This document shows, piece by piece, positions 47,448 through 57,518 of a stretch of 64,000 bases of DNA. Location: contig JAZDKJ010000006.1 of NCBI GenBank assembly GCA_043803105.1, positions 478,638 through 542,637 on the forward strand. Direction: 5' to 3'. Source of the stretch: Candidatus Woesearchaeota archaeon. Lineage in GTDB: Archaea; Nanobdellota; Nanobdellia; Woesearchaeales; JAZDKJ01. The notes under the pieces are model-generated. The model made no database searches. It was not told where the DNA came from and saw only the letters and a program-made list of their open reading frames with translations. Each line of letters starts with the position of its first letter. The stretch's first letter is position 1. The position numbers and the translations under genes were made by a program.

Positions 47448-48557
47448 ATGGCAGAAATATCTCAAATTATTGCTGATGCAAGCGAGCCTTCTCTTGTTGT
47501 TACCATGGCTGGCGCAATAGAGTCTGGTAAGTCCGAGCTTCTGACTGCCCTGCACAAAGGTTTGAGGTATGCCAATGCCAGTATCAAAATAAATAGGGGC
47601 CGGTTCCTTGGTAAAGTTTGGGCAAGGAATGTTAAGAAGATGTGGGAACGGCAAAACAAAGGAATCCAGAGGCTTGCTGCAACCGATGAACCCGACCTAT
47701 TACCTCTCTACGCTGTGCTTGATGGCAAGCCAACAAAGATTGACATCTACGCGCCGGGAGGCCATTCTTCTGCGGTAAAACTAGATAAACAGCCCGATTG
47801 TATGTTATATTTAGTGGATTTGGGTTTGGTTGCTTTTACTGGCGAACTCTTAAGCAGACATAACGCAGTTTTTCCTTTATGGGAGAACTATGTTAAGATT
47901 GAAGGCGCAGCGAGTGCAGATTCCATTAGGGATTATTTCTATAAGATTTTGTCTTCTCCTTATGTGCAAAGGGATACGCGCGCCTATTTCAGCCAGGATG
48001 GCCTGGAAAAATTAGTTGTGCCAGCAGTTCCAGCATTTGGTTTGCCTCACCGTCTTCGCAAAGAGAAGAGTTTTAATCGCCGTTTAATTCAGATGGATTC
48101 CCACAGTTACTTCTTTTATGGTCAAGAACTGCTGGCTGATGTGGTCGAAAGCCTTATCGAAAGTTATGCTAGTTTAGCTGCTGCAAATGTGCCGGTTTAT
48201 GGAATCATTACCCATACCAAATCAGCTCCTGAGCTGGCGTGTTTGAAAGAAGAGGAATTGCTTAAAACAATTGGCATAGAGTTCAACAAATTGACAGAGT
48301 CATACCAGCGCTATTTAGCTCTTTATGAAGCTTCCATCGAAAAGCCAATCTTCAATTTCTCAAACTCCAGCAAAATAAAGAATTGGCAACTAATTGATTC
48401 AGTCAACGCAAACAAGGCGCACATTATCCAAGCAATGCATCAAATACTTTCAGCTACCTTAAAGGAAAAAGGTTATCAGGCTGAAGATTTCAAGCTAATC
48501 TCATTTTCGCCAAATAAGCAAGGCAATAGCTCTGTTATTCCTTACTCTCAGCTCTAA
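47448..48557 (+). CDS. Divergent MglA/Ras-like P-loop GTPase
   Basis: GAIESGKS (G1), ATDEPDLLPL (G2), IDIYAPGG (G3-like), LYLVD, IITHTK (G4-like). Confidence 0.55.
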   Translation: MAEISQIIADASEPSLVVTMAGAIESGKSELLTALHKGLRYANASIKINRGRFLGKVWARNVKKMWERQNKGIQRLAATDEPDLLPLYAVLDGKPTKIDIYAPGGHSSAVKLDKQPDCMLYLVDLGLVAFTGELLSRHNAVFPLWENYVKIEGAASADSIRDYFYKILSSPYVQRDTRAYFSQDGLEKLVVPAVPAFGLPHRLRKEKSFNRRLIQMDSHSYFFYGQELLADVVESLIESYASLAAANVPVYGIITHTKSAPELACLKEEELLKTIGIEFNKLTESYQRYLALYEASIEKPIFNFSNSSKIKNWQLIDSVNANKAHIIQAMHQILSATLKEKGYQAEDFKLISFSPNKQGNSSVIPYSQL

Positions 48558-48675
48558 TTCCAAGCTTCACAATTGATTGTAGCAATCCCTTGCTTAAGAG
48601 TAATCTTTATACTGCCCCAGCTAAATATCTGCTCAACAATGTTTTGGTCGTAATCATTTAGAAAAATTTCTTGCT

Positions 48676-49641
48676 TTAAAGCATCCTGTCAGTGGTTATC
48701 ACATAGCAATGCTCTTCCACCCTTCCAGCAGCCTTGGCATTTACTCCTTCCTGGCACAACAGGGTTGCAATCTGGACCGACAATTCTCTTGTGCCTGTGT
48801 ACCATCTGCCTCTGGTTGATGGCATTAGAAGAGCATAGCCTTTAAGAAATGCTGCTCTGTCAAAACCCACTTTTGGCAGTTCAGTTCGGTTGCTGTCATA
48901 TATTCCGCCAAAAGGAAGTCCGATCGTCTGATTTAGAAATGTGCCCATTGCCAGAGATCCTATTTCGAGCATCGCACCACTGTAAAAAACATCACCGTTA
49001 CCATAGTTGAAAACAAGATCGCAGTCCTTCCACCTGAAGTTTGCATTGAATGCCTTGTTCAGCATAGGAAGGGCTTCCTGCTCTAGATCCAGCTTCTGGC
49101 TGTTGCCGCAATAGATCCTTGTTCTTACCTGGCCTGGTAAAACCTCAGTTATGCTTCCTGCTCTCCACAGTATCCCGAGGATAAAGCTTGTTTCCTTGTT
49201 TATTGGAAATGGTATCCTAGTGTTTCTGTGCCAGTCATGAATGCTCGGTGCAAATGTGCACGAAGGTTCACCATTTTTCTGAAGTTCTGCGTCTGCAAGC
49301 GTGTATCCAAGCAGTTCTTGCATATTCGTCGTAGGTGTGCCCGTAATCATCCTAATATATTGTGCATAAGGCATGTTGAGCTCGTGCAGTATACTGCGCT
49401 TATGGCTAAAGAGATGACTGAGCTCTCCTGAAGTCCTCTTCCTCACTGTTTTTGGGTCGCTTTCAGGAAAATAGGCAATAAGGCCCAACTCGAGGCTAGA
49501 ATATGACTTTAATCCATGCACGTTTAGAAGCTCTGCAACTAACAGCATCTTGTGCGCGTTATTGTCCAACCTGCTTAACTTCAGTACATCTTGATTATTG
49601 ATATTGTATCTCGTCATCAGCTCTTCGAGGTTCATGGACAT
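48676..49641 (-). CDS. Protein with a degenerate double LAGLIDADG domain
   Basis: SFILGILWRAGSI and AAFLKGYALL motifs, lacking the catalytic Asp. Confidence 0.5.
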   Translation of the reverse strand: MSMNLEELMTRYNINNQDVLKLSRLDNNAHKMLLVAELLNVHGLKSYSSLELGLIAYFPESDPKTVRKRTSGELSHLFSHKRSILHELNMPYAQYIRMITGTPTTNMQELLGYTLADAELQKNGEPSCTFAPSIHDWHRNTRIPFPINKETSFILGILWRAGSITEVLPGQVRTRIYCGNSQKLDLEQEALPMLNKAFNANFRWKDCDLVFNYGNGDVFYSGAMLEIGSLAMGTFLNQTIGLPFGGIYDSNRTELPKVGFDRAAFLKGYALLMPSTRGRWYTGTRELSVQIATLLCQEGVNAKAAGRVEEHCYVITTDRML

Positions 49642-49882
49642 CTGAGTTATCAAAGAGATTTTAAAGCTTTAGAAAAGCTTTGAAAAAATAATACCTTCGA
49701 CAGGGTCAAAGCACATTCCTATATAGAACTCTTCTATGCTCTCTTTGCCTTGGCTTACTAGCTTGAATGCCATACTGTAAGAATACAAGCAATTAAAAGT
49801 TTTAAAAGCTTACGGTTCTCGACTTCGCACACCTTACTTTCCAGTAATCTTTATAAGGCTTAAACCAACTATCTGCTTCAGA

Positions 49883-50560
49883 ATGTCCCACAAATCAATC
49901 AAGGAAACAAGGAATCTTATAATGAACTATTCTTCCATTTTGGTAATTAAATCATCTTTTATCAAGCCGTCAGATGTTCCGCGGGCCTTGCCCCACTGGG
50001 AAAGTGAGGACCTTGTTGAAAAAGGCAAAGGGCCTTCATGCGTCCGCATTGTGCCTGAAGAGGTCAGGCAATTCTTTGAATTGAATCCCAAGCAGGAACA
50101 ATTTGTCCATTATGACGGTTTTGTCTATAGCCGACCCCACACACAAACACGGCAGTTTCTTAACCAACCTGCCGCTAGACGCGCTGAAATATTAAAGGTG
50201 CTGGGTGGTGATTACTACGGAAAATCTTGGAATATGAGCGCAAACATTGTCTCGTTGTTTGACAAGGATCAACCCATAGGTTCGCTCACTTCAGAATTGG
50301 AAAAGGCGGTCAGAACACAAGTAAACCCTGCAGACTTGCTGGCAGGATGGCAATTTGATAAAGCGCTTGGTGCACATAAGTTACCTGAAGCGGATAGCTT
50401 TTGTTTGTGTTTTGATGAGGCAGGCAGGCAGAATCCGGCTGTGCGCGTCTGCGGCATTGACTTGTACTGCCAAGGCCCAAGAATACACCAACTACATAGT
50501 ATACAAAGGCTTCTTACCATTGGTTCTGTGCATTACAGGCCAATCCTTCAGAAGCATTAA
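49883..50560 (+). CDS. Hypothetical protein
   Basis: 225-aa ORF with a TATA box. Confidence 0.55.
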   Translation: MSHKSIKETRNLIMNYSSILVIKSSFIKPSDVPRALPHWESEDLVEKGKGPSCVRIVPEEVRQFFELNPKQEQFVHYDGFVYSRPHTQTRQFLNQPAARRAEILKVLGGDYYGKSWNMSANIVSLFDKDQPIGSLTSELEKAVRTQVNPADLLAGWQFDKALGAHKLPEADSFCLCFDEAGRQNPAVRVCGIDLYCQGPRIHQLHSIQRLLTIGSVHYRPILQKH

Positions 50561-50563
50561 AGT

Positions 50564-51115
50564 TTATCTTTTTCTCTTTTTGTCAAATACCCTGTTAAAC
50601 GCCTTTCCAAGGTTATACAAAGCCAGCTTGAACTCTTCCCCAACTTCATCCCACTCTAAATGTTGTTTTTTTCGTTTCTTAGTTTGATGGACTTTCTCAA
50701 CATAAGGTGGAATTGCCGCCCTGAATATGACTGTGATGCAGCCTGCAAAGAAAACAATTATTGGGACTATCACATACAACAAACCTATTGGGATGTTCAC
50801 ATTAGAGTTTATGTAGCTATTTAGAAAAAGCCAAAGCCTGTACAAGAAAGTAACGATGAATATGCTCAGCAACGCGGCACTGAATGGACCAAGGATATTG
50901 AAAGGAAAGCTAAAGCTCCAGAAAATGTCGTTTATCAGTCCTATGACCATCAGCGCAAGGAATAATAGGATGTTAACATTAAAAAAGGTCACGATGTTTG
51001 CGTAGATATCGTTTTGGATAGAACCAGTCAAGGCATTCGCTATTGCAAGGAGCAAAAGGAATACAAAAAAACCAATAACTCTTGCCAGCACAATATGCGT
51101 CACACTCTTTTTCAT
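50564..51115 (-). CDS. Membrane protein
   Basis: Four TM segments and a basic tail. Confidence 0.7.
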   Translation of the reverse strand: MKKSVTHIVLARVIGFFVFLLLLAIANALTGSIQNDIYANIVTFFNVNILLFLALMVIGLINDIFWSFSFPFNILGPFSAALLSIFIVTFLYRLWLFLNSYINSNVNIPIGLLYVIVPIIVFFAGCITVIFRAAIPPYVEKVHQTKKRKKQHLEWDEVGEEFKLALYNLGKAFNRVFDKKRKR

Positions 51116-51290
51116 GCATTTGGATAAGATTTACTAGTATATAAAACATGTATGTGTAATAGCTTAATCTCCCATCTGAAACTGCCTGCAACCCTTTCGC
51201 ACGCCTGTAATGGTATGTGTTGAGAATAGCCTGAGAATATTTAAACCGTGACAAAATTTCTTGCATTGTCTGAGCTAATCAATCAGATAT

Positions 51291-52268
51291 TTAGACAATG
51301 CACGACGCTGCTATCATCACTTCATTCCCTTCACAGTGATTTGCGTCGATTATTGCAGCAGCGTTGACCAATTTCGGCAGGTTGTCTTTTGCACCAATGA
51401 TGATTACCTTCTTGTAGAAGTTGGTGCACGAAACATCAGTTTTATTTTTTGGTAAATAACCAATTCCTACTTGACCATATGCTGCTGATTGCATTGTTTT
51501 AAGAGCAAGGATATTCTTTATATAGTCGCTTTTTCTGTAGCTGCCCTCCTTTGGTCTCCCTTCAGCATCTGTGATATGAGTGATGAGTTCTTGCTCTTCA
51601 CATGATAAACGCATATGCTTAGGTTCAAGATTTATGATTGGATTAAAAAAGTAGACATTGGATCGCGGATCCTGGCCAGCTAGGGTTACAAAGACGTGGT
51701 CGCCAAGCTTTAGCGTCTCAATTAATTTAGCAGAAATTTGTGCCGCAGCATCCTTTTTTGGGAAATCGAAGGAGTCTGACCCGCTTGGTATTGTCTTCCG
51801 AAGGAAGCCAAAGAGTTTCTTCCCATTTGGTCTGTAGGCACATAATGCCGGGCCTCCTTGGTTTCCTGTTTGCACATACCTGGCGTAAAAGCAGTTGTTT
51901 CCTTTTAGCACGCTTAGCGCCACTGAGGCGTAAAAGGAAAGGACAGGCTTTGCACCTTCTTCAGATCCAACGAGCCAGTAAGGCCCTTGGGCAGAATCAT
52001 TGCGCGGCATTTTTATTATTCTGCCAGTCTTTTCTCCAGCTTGCTCGCGCTTCTCATAAAGTTCATCCCTTACCATGTTTGATATCCTTCCTCTTTTGGC
52101 ATCATTGCTTACTACAACATATCCATTGTAATTCCAATTATTGTTAAAGATCTCGACCCAGGGGTCAACCTTACCATCCACTCCCGTAACCCTGCCATAG
52201 CCGTAAAATCTTATTCTATATATTCCAAACATTATTAATCTTTCAAGTTCACTTTCCATTTCTTCCAT
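51291..52268 (-). CDS. Hypothetical protein
   Basis: 325-aa ORF with a TATA box. Confidence 0.6.
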   Translation of the reverse strand: MEEMESELERLIMFGIYRIRFYGYGRVTGVDGKVDPWVEIFNNNWNYNGYVVVSNDAKRGRISNMVRDELYEKREQAGEKTGRIIKMPRNDSAQGPYWLVGSEEGAKPVLSFYASVALSVLKGNNCFYARYVQTGNQGGPALCAYRPNGKKLFGFLRKTIPSGSDSFDFPKKDAAAQISAKLIETLKLGDHVFVTLAGQDPRSNVYFFNPIINLEPKHMRLSCEEQELITHITDAEGRPKEGSYRKSDYIKNILALKTMQSAAYGQVGIGYLPKNKTDVSCTNFYKKVIIIGAKDNLPKLVNAAAIIDANHCEGNEVMIAASCIV

Positions 52269-52366
52269 TGGCCTTGCAAGTGTTGGTTCATTTTTAAAGA
52301 TTTATGTTGCAAAGAACTGTCTGTGAGAATCTCTTTATAATATGTGCATATGCAATAGCTGAACCA

Positions 52367-54790
52367 TCAATCTAAACCTGTGTTTGCAACTTGGGGTGTC
52401 TTAGTCCATTGTCTTGGCGAGTACATATAGCTCATTTCTTGCGCTATTGACGCAAGGTTCTGCTGGTGTTGTATCAGAAGTTCTTCTACAGCAGGTCTGC
52501 AATTGGCGAGGTCTGGCAATAAATCTATTGCACGGGAAAGACTGCGCCTGTATTCGTCGAATTCAAATTTGCCCATATGGTTTCTAAAGTATGAATCGTG
52601 TTGATTCTCCTTCCAAAACCTGGCGAATTCGACTAGCTTAGTTTGGATATTTTCCACCCACATCACTTCGTTAAAAAGATTTGAAATTTTTTCTTTGAGT
52701 CTTCCAGGTACAGGTATACCTGTGTTGCTGGCTAGTAAAAGTACTTTCTCCCCAAATCTGACCCTTCTCTTCACTTCCTTCATTGTGGTATGGTAGTCAT
52801 CATCAAACTTAAGGTTCCTTAACATTTCCTGTGCCATCTGGTTAAGTTCAGGTTGCGAGGCGTATGCTTCCTTGACCTTTTCTGGAAAAACCATAGCTGC
52901 CTGATGAACTTTCTCGGATAGTTCTGTGATTGTTTTGTCAACAACTTTGCGAGTGCTTTCGCTCAGCACATCTACTGCGCGTCTGTACTCACTTTCAAAA
53001 TATGTTAACGAACCTGCCCACTCCATTAAGTAATGTGTAGAAACCAGTTCAAAGTATTGTTCAAGCTCAATGCCTGGTTGAACTAGCTGGTCACATCTAT
53101 TCTCAATAGGTTTACTCTCCGCACTTAGCATTCTTAGAACGTTTTGCTCAAGTGTGGCCTTTGCCTCGTTTACTTTGGCGTCAATTTTTGCCCTCTGTTG
53201 TTGCCGAAGGTTTAAAATATCGTTTTCCCCATAAAGTTCAGAACCAGGAACCTTCGAACTAATCGTAACATAACTTCCTGTTGTTTTAATGCCAGCCAGA
53301 TCCTCTAGCAATCTAAATATTCTCGATATCTCATAAGTATAGAATTGGATCCTCTCTTGATTGCTTAATCTTGGCCAGATTGCCTTGTTTGCGCCCAAGA
53401 TGCCAGTTATATTAGTCTGCAGCACCCGGTAGTTCTCGTCGCTATTACGGATGTTGGTAATATGGTCAGGCAATCTGTTTAGATAACCCAGCCGAATCTT
53501 CTGTGATTCTTCAAGATTCTTATTCACAATAAGCATGTCTGCTATCGTTTGCTGCTTCGATATAATTTGATTTGCGCCTCGGTAATCTTTCTTAAGCACA
53601 AGCTGCCTGAGCTCTTCCATCTTATCATCAAATCCTTTAAAATACATCTTTACAAGCAGGTCTGACACATTGCTTATCTTCTCCACGTACTTTTGATGCC
53701 TGGCCTCTATGAGACCTTGCATTTGATCCAGGTCTTTTAATAGCAACTTTGCGAATTTTGTCTTTCCCTCTGAAAAGTCGAGTTCTTCTTCCAAGGATGC
53801 TCTCGCACCCGCCGCCTTACTTTTTGCTTGTTTAAGGTTTGTTTCTTTCAACTGTACCTGTTCCGGCATCTGCAAGTTCTTCTCAAAATCCGCGTACAAG
53901 GTTGCAAGCCCTTTCTCAGCAAGAGCGACCACCTCATGGTATTCTAACAGGCATCCAAGAATTGCCTGAAGTGAGATATCATCGGAAAATTGGTCAGATG
54001 CATTCTTTCTTATTACTGGAAACTTAAAATCTGCATATTCGATAAGTCGCTCCTTTAGCGATGCCTCATAAACATATTCGTTAGGCATCTCCCGTTCTAG
54101 AAAAGTTCTTAGTGTGCTAAGCTTGCATTCCAGCCCCCTTTTCCTCATGTTACTGGCGGATGAAATTCCTTCTTTTGCTGCTTTATCAATCATGTCTGCA
54201 AGTGAGGGTATGGTTTTTGTTGACTTTGTTATTGACTCTAGTTGTGATTGACCCTGTTCAAATGCGCTGACAAGCCTCTTGGCATCATCCTGTAAACCAT
54301 TGAAGTATATTCCTAGCGCTTGCTTGGCATCTTTCAAGGTAGGCAGTCTTTTATCAAGTATTGGATTGCCTCCATATTTCCGAAACAACTTCCTCTTGGC
54401 GTTCTTCAAACTGGTAAAAGCCGCAATTGTTCGCTCCAGGGAGTATCTTTCCAGGAGTTCAGGAACAAATGATCCTGGATTTTGCTTCTTTGCCCCAAGC
54501 TTGGAATATATCTCTCTAACTCCAATCCTTAACTGTTCAGAGACATCATAGAATCCTGCGATTTCATTCAACAGATTGCAATCATTTTCCATCCGATTAA
54601 CCTGATTCAGCAAAGTCTCCCGTTCTTTTTCAAAACTCTGGACAACAGGCATCATGTTTATTCGCTGCTTCCACTTCATAACTTGTTCTAGGTCTGCTGG
54701 CTTGCCAGCCTCCACAGTTTTAAGAGCTTCACCCAACCACTTCTGCGCCTTGAAAATTTCTCTTTCGGTATCAACTGTTTGGTTGCTCAT
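52367..54790 (-). CDS. Large all-helical/coiled-coil hypothetical protein
   Basis: About 807 aa, E/K/L-rich, no catalytic motif seen. Confidence 0.65.
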   Translation of the reverse strand: MSNQTVDTEREIFKAQKWLGEALKTVEAGKPADLEQVMKWKQRINMMPVVQSFEKERETLLNQVNRMENDCNLLNEIAGFYDVSEQLRIGVREIYSKLGAKKQNPGSFVPELLERYSLERTIAAFTSLKNAKRKLFRKYGGNPILDKRLPTLKDAKQALGIYFNGLQDDAKRLVSAFEQGQSQLESITKSTKTIPSLADMIDKAAKEGISSASNMRKRGLECKLSTLRTFLEREMPNEYVYEASLKERLIEYADFKFPVIRKNASDQFSDDISLQAILGCLLEYHEVVALAEKGLATLYADFEKNLQMPEQVQLKETNLKQAKSKAAGARASLEEELDFSEGKTKFAKLLLKDLDQMQGLIEARHQKYVEKISNVSDLLVKMYFKGFDDKMEELRQLVLKKDYRGANQIISKQQTIADMLIVNKNLEESQKIRLGYLNRLPDHITNIRNSDENYRVLQTNITGILGANKAIWPRLSNQERIQFYTYEISRIFRLLEDLAGIKTTGSYVTISSKVPGSELYGENDILNLRQQQRAKIDAKVNEAKATLEQNVLRMLSAESKPIENRCDQLVQPGIELEQYFELVSTHYLMEWAGSLTYFESEYRRAVDVLSESTRKVVDKTITELSEKVHQAAMVFPEKVKEAYASQPELNQMAQEMLRNLKFDDDYHTTMKEVKRRVRFGEKVLLLASNTGIPVPGRLKEKISNLFNEVMWVENIQTKLVEFARFWKENQHDSYFRNHMGKFEFDEYRRSLSRAIDLLPDLANCRPAVEELLIQHQQNLASIAQEMSYMYSPRQWTKTPQVANTGLD

Positions 54791-54879
54791 TTGAAGACGA
54801 AGATGCAGCAACCCATTTTAAAGCTTGCTGTTGGCTTAAGAAAGTTTTTTAAACAGTTTACCTATCTTCTCGCATATAT

Positions 54880-54952
<73 letters not shown>

Positions 54953-55066
54953 TTCTTCTCTTTTCTTATTGTGCGCGAAGTGAAGCCAATGCTTAATGGT
55001 TGCGAGGCTTTAGCCGAGCACGGCCAACCTTGAGTTGGACGAATGTGCCAGCTTAATTGTAAGCTG

Positions 55067-55081
55067 TCCGGGCGGGCCCAT
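55067..55081 (+). repeat. Copy of the tRNA-Val 3' end (TCCGGGCGGGCCCAT)
   Basis: Identical to 54939-54953. Confidence 0.8.
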
Positions 55082-55099
55082 GCTTTCAAGCGCAAATAT

Positions 55100-57385
55100 C
55101 TAGGCTGCAAGCTTGACCTTAGAAATTTTCTCCTCAAGCGAGTCTGCAAAAAGGCCTAAGGGCGTCAGAATGCTTGGAGGTATCTTTATTTTCCTCTTCT
55201 CTCCTGTTAAGAAATCCATTATTCTTGATGCGCTGCAGCATTTTCTCAGGTCTTTTGTGTTCTCAGCAGGCAAATAACCAAAAGGTATTACAAGCGATTT
55301 CTTCCAGCTCTTTTCTTCAGCCTTCTTTTTGATTTCCGACCATACCCTATTCTTGTAGATTCTTATTGTCCTGTCGCTTAGGTATTGCTTTGCCCTATAA
55401 TCTTTGTAGTCTTCTATGAGCTGCCCGAGGCATATTGCCGCTCCAGGACCTATCTTTGCTTGAGAGTCCAGCGCTTCCTTGAATGCCTTGTACAAAAAGT
55501 CAAGTTTAGCGACCTCAGCGATTTTTCCAAGGGTCTCAGGTGCAATTTCCTTGAAAAATATTTGGCCTGCTGTTTCATTGAGCTCCTTTGCCATGTCTCC
55601 CAGCTTAATTGCGCTGTTATAGTAGTTTACACAATCAAGGCCTTTCCTCTTCAGGTATTCCAAGTTAAGGTTGTTAAATCCTTTTAGCACCTTCTCTGCT
55701 GTTGGTTTCGGCAGGTTTTTTTCTGCAAGCTCGTAGAGGTTTACCAATCCCTCAAGCGACTTTGCTAATTCTACCTCATCTTCTTTTCTGCCGTACGGCT
55801 CCTTTGTAAAAACATTCTGCCTCAATTTTTCAAGCCTTTCCATTATTTTCTCTAGATAGTACTGTTGGAAGAATTGCTTCCCTTGCGCAGTAGAACTGAG
55901 AAACGCTAGGAAAAGGCTACTTTCAAGTGGGGTTATCTTGCCGTATTTCTCACCATCATAGTCACCGTGACTCGCAGAGCCGTGCTCTGCAGTCTCGTGC
56001 ATCTCCGGGCTTCTTACCTGGAACTCGACTACTATTTGCTTGTCCCAAGGCCCGAATGTGACATAACCCTGCGCTTGCTCGAATTTGTTGTTCTTCATGT
56101 GCTTTCCAAGGCATTCGTCAATGAACATATGCACTGATTTTGTGTAGTCAAGGGTTAATTCCCTGTGGTTCTGCTGAAGCTCTGCTGTATAGCTTTGCGG
56201 GTATACCATCAGCCTTTCTTCAAGGTCGTCCATTTGAAGCTTCAGGCTCTCCATGATTCGGTCTTGGCCTTCCAAGGTGTCAGGTTCAGGTTTTGGTATC
56301 AGGTTGGTAGCATGCCTTTTTTTGATGGTCGCAGCCAGTTTTCTCAGGGTTGATTGCGAATACTTTGCCTTGTCAAATATAATGTTGTACACAACTTCTC
56401 CATCCTGTTGCATGAAGAATAATTTGTCCTCCTTTGAGTACTGCAGGAAATCTGATAGGCATTTTTCCTGTGGCTCCTCAACCTCTTTGCGCTTGCCTTC
56501 AATGAACTGTACTGCTTGTTTGACATCCTTGAACAGGAAGTCTTCTATGACAGCTATCTCTTCCAGATTGCTGTTTGTAATCTTCTGGACCTGTGCCCTT
56601 AACTTTAGCTCAATACCATCTTCGTTATATACCATTGCGTGTGGTTTATGAGGTACTGTCTTCCATTGCTTGTTGAGTGCAATCTTTGTAATCTCCTCCA
56701 GGCAAATCTGCCTGTGCGTTTCAGCGAATTTGTCTTGGTAAATCTGTTTCTCTGCAGCGCCGAGTTCTTCGTATTCCCTTTCTACACATTTGAATTCTCT
56801 CTTATACAACTCCACCTGTTCTGCATTTAAGCTATCCAACGCCTTCACACTGAATTTCTTCCTGAACATGCTTTGGAACCGTGCCTGCTCTTTGCCAGAA
56901 AGTTCCCATCTTATCCTGAGAAATTCCTGAGCCTTTTCGCTCTCAACAATAACCCTTAGCCTTACTATGTCAGAAACTCCAGTTTCCTTCTGCTGGTTTG
57001 TGTAAAGAATGGTCTTCAGCATAGTCTTTTCATATTCCTTTTCGTCGTAATACACTTTTCTTACTATGTTCTTTCCAAGATGCCTGAAATCAAGAAAATC
57101 CTTACCATCTGAGTCTTTTGCTTGCCTCGGGTTCAATAGGCCGTAGATGTTAGTATACATTGCATGCATCGCATACTTCATGTTTAGCTTCTGGCTTTCA
57201 ATTGTCTGCTGATACCATTTTAGAGGTAAATCCTGCGACCTCAATCCTGCCAGGTAGTCTATCAATTCGTAGTTTGGCAGCTGTTCTTCAGCCCTTGTTC
57301 GCTCTTCCCTGAGCAGTATGAAGAAGTTTGTTAGGTATTTTGACAGGTTCTCATCAAATGCTGCAAAAGGGCTTGCTTGGGTCAT
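55100..57385 (-). CDS. RelA/SpoT synthetase-like protein with a large internal insertion
   Basis: SDIVRLRVIV and VEFQVRSPEMHETAEHGSASHGDY match the DxxGxR and EVQIRT..MH..AE.G.AAH..Y motifs. Confidence 0.7.
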   Translation of the reverse strand: MTQASPFAAFDENLSKYLTNFFILLREERTRAEEQLPNYELIDYLAGLRSQDLPLKWYQQTIESQKLNMKYAMHAMYTNIYGLLNPRQAKDSDGKDFLDFRHLGKNIVRKVYYDEKEYEKTMLKTILYTNQQKETGVSDIVRLRVIVESEKAQEFLRIRWELSGKEQARFQSMFRKKFSVKALDSLNAEQVELYKREFKCVEREYEELGAAEKQIYQDKFAETHRQICLEEITKIALNKQWKTVPHKPHAMVYNEDGIELKLRAQVQKITNSNLEEIAVIEDFLFKDVKQAVQFIEGKRKEVEEPQEKCLSDFLQYSKEDKLFFMQQDGEVVYNIIFDKAKYSQSTLRKLAATIKKRHATNLIPKPEPDTLEGQDRIMESLKLQMDDLEERLMVYPQSYTAELQQNHRELTLDYTKSVHMFIDECLGKHMKNNKFEQAQGYVTFGPWDKQIVVEFQVRSPEMHETAEHGSASHGDYDGEKYGKITPLESSLFLAFLSSTAQGKQFFQQYYLEKIMERLEKLRQNVFTKEPYGRKEDEVELAKSLEGLVNLYELAEKNLPKPTAEKVLKGFNNLNLEYLKRKGLDCVNYYNSAIKLGDMAKELNETAGQIFFKEIAPETLGKIAEVAKLDFLYKAFKEALDSQAKIGPGAAICLGQLIEDYKDYRAKQYLSDRTIRIYKNRVWSEIKKKAEEKSWKKSLVIPFGYLPAENTKDLRKCCSASRIMDFLTGEKRKIKIPPSILTPLGLFADSLEEKISKVKLAA

Positions 57386-57518
57386 TTGCAATATTGGTGG
57401 TTTCACGGGTATATAAATTTTTCTATAATTACTATCATATAGTAGTGACTTATTCAGATCACATTTCAAAACGTTTAAATAACCCTTACCCTAGAAAATT
57501 AAAAAAAGAGCGTGCTTC

